Below are positions 57,806 through 64,000 of a stretch of DNA of 64,000 bases, one piece after another. Positions within the stretch are counted from its first letter, which is position 1, and every line of letters starts with the position of its first letter. The notes below the pieces were generated by a model that was not told the origin of the DNA, did no database searches, and saw nothing but the letters and a program-made list of their open reading frames with translations. Position numbers and translations under genes: made by a program. The DNA comes from a virus. Lineage: Duplodnaviria; Caudoviricetes. Location of the stretch: the IMG/VR virus record IMGVR_UViG_2513237360_000007, positions 1 through 64,000 of that record; one strand, written 5' to 3'.

Positions 57806-59224
57806 ATGACAGATATTACGCAAGCTCAACGGGACATTATTTATCAATCTGATTGGGTACTTCATTCAAAGGTTGAAATTCTGAATCGGAATTTTAAAAT
57901 CATCAATTATGTAGAAGGTAACCTATTAGATGACAAATATTCCATTGATGCTGATTCTGATATGAGAAGAACATATGACTGCTCTCTCGCTGTCACCGAT
58001 GCGTCCTTTATCCTTGATCAAAATAGTTGGGTCTGGCTGGATAATTATGTGCGACCATATGTTGGTATTGAGCATCTACGTAGCGGAGAAATCATATGGA
58101 ATCTTATGGGGACTTACGTGCCTACCAATGTATCATATGATGATGCTGAATCCTATTCACTAAGCTTGGAATGTGGTGATCTCATTGCTACTATTAACGG
58201 CGACCGTGGTGGTCACCTCGAGGGGCTGTCTACAAAAATCGAGGCGGGAACGGACGCTTACAAGGCCCTTGTTGGTACACTCAAGGAAATCGGAATATCA
58301 AAATACATAATTGAGGATGTTGATTTTGAGATCCCTTATGATTTGGAATTTAATGCAAATGTTACTGCTTATGAAATCCTTGATGAAATAAGGAACCTAT
58401 ATTCTGGATATGAAATGGGGTTTGACATTTATGGAACATTTTTCTTTCGGAAGATTCCTCAAAGGTTTGAAGATAATATAACACTTGATTACACTCAGCT
58501 ACGCCCTCTTGTTATTAATGAGGGACGCTCAACCTCTTTAACTGGAATATACAATCATATCCAAGTGTGGGGACAGATAATTGAAACTGACCGATACGTG
58601 AATGCTTCTGCCCTCTCTGGTGATACTTACAACATTTCTTTGGATGGCATAGCTTCACTTTCGGACTTGGATAACTTTGAAAAGATAGCCTTCAAGATAA
58701 ATACAACCAACCCAGCAAACGCTGCAATATCCATAAATGGGTTAGAAAAACTGCTTATTGTTGATGATTCCGGCAACCCTCTTCCCGCTCAAACTCTTCC
58801 AACTGGGACAGATGGTGTATTCAAATATCGCCGTAAAGACAAAAGCATGTATTACCTTGGTCAGTACCAGGTATTCGGTGAAGCATATGATGAAAATCCT
58901 GACAGCCCTTTTAGAATTGATGCATTAGGCAAAGAGTTACTGCTTGTCTGCGAAGGTAGCGATTTTGACAATATATACAGTAATGACTTAGCTAATCAAC
59001 GGGCCAGATATGAAATATATAACCATACAGTCCTCAGCACATCTCTAGATCTAAATCTGGTATCTATTCCTTGGCTGGATGTCAACCAAAAAATATCCTA
59101 TATCTCCCAAAATGAGTTAGAGGAAAAACAATATATTGTTAAGTCTATATCCGGCAGCACAACCGATGCGGAGATGTCTATTAGCTGTATCTCTTTCTAC
59201 CCAACTTACAAATACAACATTTGA
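57806..59224 (+). CDS. Baseplate hub / minor tail protein (DUF5048-like)
   Basis: SIDADSDMRRT, IPYDLEF, YEMGFDIYGTFFFRKIP motifs. Confidence 0.7.
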   Translation: MTDITQAQRDIIYQSDWVLHSKVEILNRNFKIINYVEGNLLDDKYSIDADSDMRRTYDCSLAVTDASFILDQNSWVWLDNYVRPYVGIEHLRSGEIIWNLMGTYVPTNVSYDDAESYSLSLECGDLIATINGDRGGHLEGLSTKIEAGTDAYKALVGTLKEIGISKYIIEDVDFEIPYDLEFNANVTAYEILDEIRNLYSGYEMGFDIYGTFFFRKIPQRFEDNITLDYTQLRPLVINEGRSTSLTGIYNHIQVWGQIIETDRYVNASALSGDTYNISLDGIASLSDLDNFEKIAFKINTTNPANAAISINGLEKLLIVDDSGNPLPAQTLPTGTDGVFKYRRKDKSMYYLGQYQVFGEAYDENPDSPFRIDALGKELLLVCEGSDFDNIYSNDLANQRARYEIYNHTVLSTSLDLNLVSIPWLDVNQKISYISQNELEEKQYIVKSISGSTTDAEMSISCISFYPTYKYNI

Positions 59225-59236
59225 AAGGAGTAATCC

Positions 59237-60319
59237 ATGTCAGTTACAAATCCTGACTTAACCGGGACAAAATTCCCGGATGAAATAGATAATTGGGACC
59301 GTTGGCTTGATCCTACACTTCAGACCATTGCTGCGATTCAGCAATATCAGTCGCTATACAGTCAATCCAAATTTGAAGAAGCAAATATAGTTATTGAAAG
59401 TAATCCCTCATTAAAACGTATAATTGTAAATGCCGAGAGCATGAACAAATTGTATGATGCCATTATAGCAATGGAAAGATTCTATTTCAGTGATTTTCAA
59501 GCATATCTTCAAAATATTGTTCAATATTCTGGAGAATATGTTCCAACAAAAAAATATCCTAAATACTCAGTAGTAACGTATATAGTCCACAATGCTCAAC
59601 AGGCTTACCTCTGCATTGTTCCGGACTGTCCGATAGGTACCTTACCTACTGACTTATCCTGCTGGATCCCATGGACAGCTCGGGGTGAAAAGGGAGAATC
59701 AGGAACTGGCCTCTCTCCACGCGGTACATGGAATCTATATGTGGACTACTATAAAGATGATATGGTGAGTTGGAATAACAAACTGTGGGCAGCCTTAGTA
59801 AACAATACTGGAAAGGAACCCAGTACTGCAAACGCAGGTACCTGGCTACCTGTAATGGAATTCAGTTCTGAGAAATTTTGTTTGATTGATGATACTACAA
59901 ATACCAGATATAACTTAGGGATAAAGAACGGACTTCCTTGGTATCGAATTGAAGGGGATGGTTCTGAAAATGGAAAGATATCCATTGCAAAAAGCGATGA
60001 TATAGTACGCCTTGATGATAAGGTTGAAAAATATAGCGGCTTTCAATTAGCAGAAAACATTGTAATTAAGCAATCAGATTGGACAGCCTTAACAGATATT
60101 CAAGATTATGGTTTCTCTTATACATATGAAAACTCTTCTATCATGGCGGATGATGGCGTAAGCGTGAATTTTGATAATACAAGCATGCTCAATGCTTCCA
60201 AAGCTTTTATTATTGTCAAAGAAGATAATCTAGCTGGCAGCCTTACTCTCCTTGCCAGAAAACTCCCCTATACAGACTTAACAATACGAAATATTGAGGT
60301 GATAAGAAAAAATGGCTAA
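59237..60319 (+). CDS. Baseplate/fibre protein with carbohydrate-binding-like repeats and short collagen-like segment
   Basis: YPKYSVVTY / YYKDDMVSWNNKLW repeats; GEKGESG. Confidence 0.7.
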   Translation: MSVTNPDLTGTKFPDEIDNWDRWLDPTLQTIAAIQQYQSLYSQSKFEEANIVIESNPSLKRIIVNAESMNKLYDAIIAMERFYFSDFQAYLQNIVQYSGEYVPTKKYPKYSVVTYIVHNAQQAYLCIVPDCPIGTLPTDLSCWIPWTARGEKGESGTGLSPRGTWNLYVDYYKDDMVSWNNKLWAALVNNTGKEPSTANAGTWLPVMEFSSEKFCLIDDTTNTRYNLGIKNGLPWYRIEGDGSENGKISIAKSDDIVRLDDKVEKYSGFQLAENIVIKQSDWTALTDIQDYGFSYTYENSSIMADDGVSVNFDNTSMLNASKAFIIVKEDNLAGSLTLLARKLPYTDLTIRNIEVIRKNG

Positions 60320-61616
60320 ATACGGGAAAACGAACTGCTCCGGGGGGATTAGTGTCCTATCTGAAGACATGGATTCTACTCTCGGAGATGTAATAAAAGG
60401 GAAAAAAGCTATGACTTCAGATTCTGGAGACGAAGGTGGCATTGGTACTCTTGAGTTAACGGGAAACGCTATAGAATCTCGCGTTCTCAATGGATATAGC
60501 TTCTACTCCACGGACGCAAAGAAAAAGCTTACTGGCAATGTAGTTGTAAATAGTTTACTGTCTTTTAGCTGTGCCGCCTATTCTGGCCGGAGGGTGTTGG
60601 CCAAATGGCAGAATCCAAAGGCGGCGACTGGAAAACCTTACAGCGGAGTGATCATCCGCTACAGCACCAGCGGATATCCTGGTAAGACCGGGGGGACGCA
60701 GATCTATAAGGGAGCCGGAAGCAGCTCTTCATCTGGAGGAAATTCTCAAGCATATCTTGATCTTCCCAATTTAAATACAACCTACTATTTGAGTATTTAT
60801 CCCTATGTAACTTGTAGTACAGGGGAGATGACAGGGGATGTACTTAATGCTTCCATAAAGACATTAACAGAGATTTATGTGACTATTAAGGCAACACAAA
60901 CCTATACTATACAAGGCTTCAAATATGCAGATTTCTTTTTAGTCGGAGGTGGTGGTGGTGGTCATCTCGGAGGCGGTGGTAGCGGCAGAACGACTACCAA
61001 AAAGGGGGTGTCTGTTAATACCGGTGAAGTATTAGCAATGACAGTTGGTGCTGGCGGAGCACAACAGGGAAATGGTGGGGCATCTTCTGTCTCACGCGCT
61101 GGAATAACAATAGCTTCGGCGTCAGGAGGAAACGCTGGTGGCGATAATGGTGGATCCGGCGGTTCTGGAGGCGGCGGATGTACGATTGGCGCTACTTCTC
61201 CCGGCGATGGTGGCTCTGATGGCTCTGATGGCGTAACGCCTAAAATTTTAGGTGGCGGAAGCGGTACATCTGGAGGTACTGGCCAAAAAACAACAACAAG
61301 AGCATGGGGAGATGCATCTGGGACAGTATACTCCGGGGCTGGTGCTGGCGGTAATAGCTGGTACGACCGAGTAGATAACGAAGGAGAACGGAACTACTAC
61401 TTTAGTGCCGGTGGAAAAGGCGGCGCTGGCGGTGGCGCAAACGGCGGTGGATGGACTGGACAAGGTGGACAAAACGGTTCGATTGACGCAGAAATACCTG
61501 CCCAAAATGGTGTTGCCAATACTGGAGGCGGTGGTGGTGGACGTGCTCGCGATGACGGTCTCTGGAAAGATGCAGGACGCGGCGGATCTGGTGTAATACT
61601 AATGAGGTTATATTAG
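60312..61616 (+). CDS. Tail fibre / receptor-binding protein with glycine-rich C-terminal domain
   Basis: GDVIKGKKA..TGNA...VLNGYSFY repeats; VGGGGGG...ANTGGGGGG...GGSGVILMR. Confidence 0.8.
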   Translation: MAKYGKTNCSGGISVLSEDMDSTLGDVIKGKKAMTSDSGDEGGIGTLELTGNAIESRVLNGYSFYSTDAKKKLTGNVVVNSLLSFSCAAYSGRRVLAKWQNPKAATGKPYSGVIIRYSTSGYPGKTGGTQIYKGAGSSSSSGGNSQAYLDLPNLNTTYYLSIYPYVTCSTGEMTGDVLNASIKTLTEIYVTIKATQTYTIQGFKYADFFLVGGGGGGHLGGGGSGRTTTKKGVSVNTGEVLAMTVGAGGAQQGNGGASSVSRAGITIASASGGNAGGDNGGSGGSGGGGCTIGATSPGDGGSDGSDGVTPKILGGGSGTSGGTGQKTTTRAWGDASGTVYSGAGAGGNSWYDRVDNEGERNYYFSAGGKGGAGGGANGGGWTGQGGQNGSIDAEIPAQNGVANTGGGGGGRARDDGLWKDAGRGGSGVILMRLY

Positions 61617-61628
61617 GAGGATGATTAA

Positions 61629-61955
61629 ATGATAGCTCATGAGATATACGCGCAAATTTATAATAATACCGTAACACAGGTTGGTGTAGCCTTTAGTTAT
61701 GAGGATGCCAACCGAGTGGCACGGTGTGTTTATGGTGATAATGCGTTCGCGGTGAATTGTACATATTGCCCCTGTGAGGAAGGTGACACATACATAGATG
61801 GTACCTTTTATGATATTAATGGTACCGTTAGGGCATGGCTACCTACACCAGAGCAAGAAATCACCCAGTTAAGAGACGAAAGTCTGCTACTTAAACAGGA
61901 AAACCAGGAACTGACGATAGCCTTGGCAGATATAATTGGAGGTGTTTCAATATGA
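61629..61955 (+). CDS. Fibre-associated hypothetical protein (108 aa)
   Basis: AGGAGG RBS; TPEQEITQL motif. Confidence 0.7.
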   Translation: MIAHEIYAQIYNNTVTQVGVAFSYEDANRVARCVYGDNAFAVNCTYCPCEEGDTYIDGTFYDINGTVRAWLPTPEQEITQLRDESLLLKQENQELTIALADIIGGVSI

Positions 61956-62110
61956 TTAGCAATATACAGCGCAATATCATTATCCGTGCCTTACGGATCC
62001 GGGTGAGCCATGGAGAAAAACCTGAAGAAATCTTATCAGGATACACAAAATTATCAGATAAAGAAAAAACGGATATATTAGCAGCTGTTAAAGATGGCGG
62101 CGTTATTTAA
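61952..62110 (+). CDS. Small phage protein (52 aa, MISNIQRNIIIRALRIR...)
   Basis: GGAGG RBS; ATGA overlap; below ORF-track cutoff. Confidence 0.7.
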   Translation: MISNIQRNIIIRALRIRVSHGEKPEEILSGYTKLSDKEKTDILAAVKDGGVI

Positions 62111-62153
62111 GCCTATTCGCTTAAATCTTATGGAAAGGAATAGTGATTGCATT

Positions 62154-63131
62154 ATGGATAATGCTTATGCAAAAGGAAAAAAACTGTTTTGGGGTGATTA
62201 TTTTCAATACACTCCTACCGGCGTTAGTCTTGCGAAAAAGGCTGGGCGATATATAACTGATGGATCTAAAGTTCAACGAGGTGATTTAGCATTCTTCTAC
62301 TACTCTTCCCTCGGTCGTGTAGGACATGTCTTAGCTGCCTATGTAGTATCGGTTAATCAGACGAAGCAAACCATTTATATCAAATCCATTGAAGGAAATA
62401 CTTCTGGGGTAGCCTATGAACGTAATGGTGGAATGGTCGCTATTAAAGAATATACTATCAAATTCTCTGAGATTGGTGGTAAAAACAAATTCAACGGTTT
62501 TGCTCGTCCTATGTATGGCAATGATACTTGTACCATTGATGAATTCATTGAGATTCTTGAAGGTGAAGTAGGATATATTGAAAAAGCATCTAATAGCCAA
62601 TTGGACAGCAAAACTTCCAATTCTGGCGACAATAACTATACTAAATATGGAAAGTGGTACGGGTGCAATGGCGTTGCTTGGTGTGCCCAGTTCGTATCCT
62701 GGTGTGGTTATGTAGCATGTAAAAAGCATATGGAACTAACCAGGACTGGTTGGGAACGGCAAACAGATGGAACTTGGAAGTATCTTCTAAACGGTGAGTA
62801 TATCAGAGATTCTTGGAAAGAAATCGCTACTGCTGCTGGGAAACAATGGTTTGCGTTTGTCGGAGATGGGACAATGGTTACCGGATGGTTTGGAAATGCT
62901 GAAAATGGTTGGTATTACATGAATCCTGCCGATGGTGCCATGCTTTCTTCCCAATGGTTCGATATAAATGGAAAATGGTATTACGCAACCAAATCGGGTC
63001 TGACAGCCCAAAATACATATGTCAAATCCACAACCTCCGGTGTATATTGTTGGCTTAACACTGACGGTATCTGGGAAGAAAAATGGGATACAACAACTCC
63101 TGATTTGTTAAAGTATGAATTAGCTGAATGA
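62154..63131 (+). CDS. Endolysin: circularly permuted CHAP amidase + cell-wall-binding repeats
   Basis: GHV...IEGNTSG precedes NYTKYG...WCAQFVSWC; C-terminal MVTGW/WYYMNP/WYYATKSG repeats; GAAAGG RBS before ATG 62154. Confidence 0.85.
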   Translation: MDNAYAKGKKLFWGDYFQYTPTGVSLAKKAGRYITDGSKVQRGDLAFFYYSSLGRVGHVLAAYVVSVNQTKQTIYIKSIEGNTSGVAYERNGGMVAIKEYTIKFSEIGGKNKFNGFARPMYGNDTCTIDEFIEILEGEVGYIEKASNSQLDSKTSNSGDNNYTKYGKWYGCNGVAWCAQFVSWCGYVACKKHMELTRTGWERQTDGTWKYLLNGEYIRDSWKEIATAAGKQWFAFVGDGTMVTGWFGNAENGWYYMNPADGAMLSSQWFDINGKWYYATKSGLTAQNTYVKSTTSGVYCWLNTDGIWEEKWDTTTPDLLKYELAE

Positions 63132-63151
63132 AAGGAATGGTGTGAGTTGGT

Positions 63152-63643
63152 TTGAATACAATAGAAACGTTATTTAATACATGGACAATGGATACCTTAT
63201 TATCCATTTTTTTATTGCTGTTTGCGCTCAAGGAGATATGGAATATTTTAAATTGGTTTTTAGAAATATTAGGAGTTCAGACAAAATGGTCTTTGCAAAA
63301 GAAATATGATAAAGATATGCTTTTGCGGCATGAAGAAAAACTCAATGATATTTCCTCATATGTACATACAACAAAAGACAAAATCAATGTGCTTGGGCAA
63401 ATGATTTTAGACATGCAAGATAAAACTGACGCAACTGAAAGAGCCAGACTCAAGGATCGAATCTCTCAAGCATATAGGATTTACCATGAAAAAGGTGAAT
63501 GGAGCTATATGGAGAAGGAATCCTTCGGGGACTTAATCCGCGATTATGAAGCGCATGGGGGTAAAAATAGTTTTGTTCACGACACATGTGAGCCCGAATC
63601 AAATTTATGGAAAGTTATCAGCCGCACTTCTACGGATGATTAA
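63152..63643 (+). CDS. Lysis-region membrane protein (holin-like, uncertain)
   Basis: N-terminal TM, coiled coil, LKDRISQAYRIYH...YEAHGGKNSFVH. Confidence 0.55.
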   Translation: MNTIETLFNTWTMDTLLSIFLLLFALKEIWNILNWFLEILGVQTKWSLQKKYDKDMLLRHEEKLNDISSYVHTTKDKINVLGQMILDMQDKTDATERARLKDRISQAYRIYHEKGEWSYMEKESFGDLIRDYEAHGGKNSFVHDTCEPESNLWKVISRTSTDD

Positions 63644-63661
63644 ATCCAGTTAGGAGACAAA

Positions 63662-64000
63662 ATGCCAAATATAATATTAGACAATAGCAAAATCAGAACC
63701 GTAGATTTTAGCTCCAGTACAGAATATGAACTGACTGATTTGAGTTTTTATATTCCTGCCGAATATTTTGATCATACAATTTATGCCATCATTTATGACT
63801 GTACCGGTGTTAATGAAATCTGCAGCTTAACAAATACGGAACTTAGAGCCAATTATAAAGTCTTCAACTTTGACCCTTCTTATTCTTATCGGATTAAGTC
63901 TGGCAATTCAATAATATATCTAGTTTTAATTAGCCCGGATATGGGATCTATCACTATTTCGCAGGATTTACACGTAATTGTAAAGATTGATAAAATGAAA
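63662..64000 (+). CDS. Hypothetical protein, truncated by window end
   Basis: AGGAG RBS; frame open to base 64000. Confidence 0.65.
   Translation, partial: MPNIILDNSKIRTVDFSSSTEYELTDLSFYIPAEYFDHTIYAIIYDCTGVNEICSLTNTELRANYKVFNFDPSYSYRIKSGNSIIYLVLISPDMGSITISQDLHVIVKIDKMK

Larger units (their letters stand above)
392..64000. mobile_element. Large SPbeta-like temperate phage/prophage (partial; neither end nor integrase in window)
   Basis: YonO-like RNAP, HU, terminase, portal, capsid, tail, tape measure and lysin in SPbeta-like order; divergent small-gene early region. Confidence 0.92.

Noticed and set aside
60940-61600. GGN-rich low-complexity DNA as a repeat element or DGR target
   Set aside because: Explained by the glycine-rich fibre domain; no template repeat or reverse transcriptase seen

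Overview
Almost the whole window (about 392-64000) is one large temperate siphovirus/prophage with SPbeta-like gene order. The host is probably a Lachnospiraceae/Clostridia gut bacterium (inferred from the lysin type and protein families). The window opens in the 3' end of an IS110-family element. Positions 0.4-20 kb are a minus-strand early/accessory region of small genes (YopX, DUF551-like, HNH, GP88-like, PAPS-reductase-like, M28-like peptidase), with a K+ channel moron on the plus strand and a GNAT moron on the minus strand. A 1.6-kb non-coding divergence zone follows. The plus-strand arm then carries a YonO-type single-subunit RNA polymerase, ncRNA/tRNA cluster, phosphoesterase, HU, holin, terminase, portal, protease/scaffold, capsid, head-tail and tail genes, tape measure, baseplate/fibre and lysin. 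Best new observations: (1) the tape measure gene is split by a 2,676-nt group I intron (47930-50605; P1, P7, P10 and a long-range closing helix are all readable) carrying three antisense cargo genes with their own promoter and no recognisable homing endonuclease; (2) the early genes are delimited by a recurrent 11-bp motif that behaves like a cassette recombination site; (3) several unexplained structured RNAs (8/5 tRNA-like element, hairpin array, 350-nt RNA after a coiled-coil gene); (4) a probable AUA start codon for the phage RNAP. All family assignments come from motif recognition by eye, not database searches.
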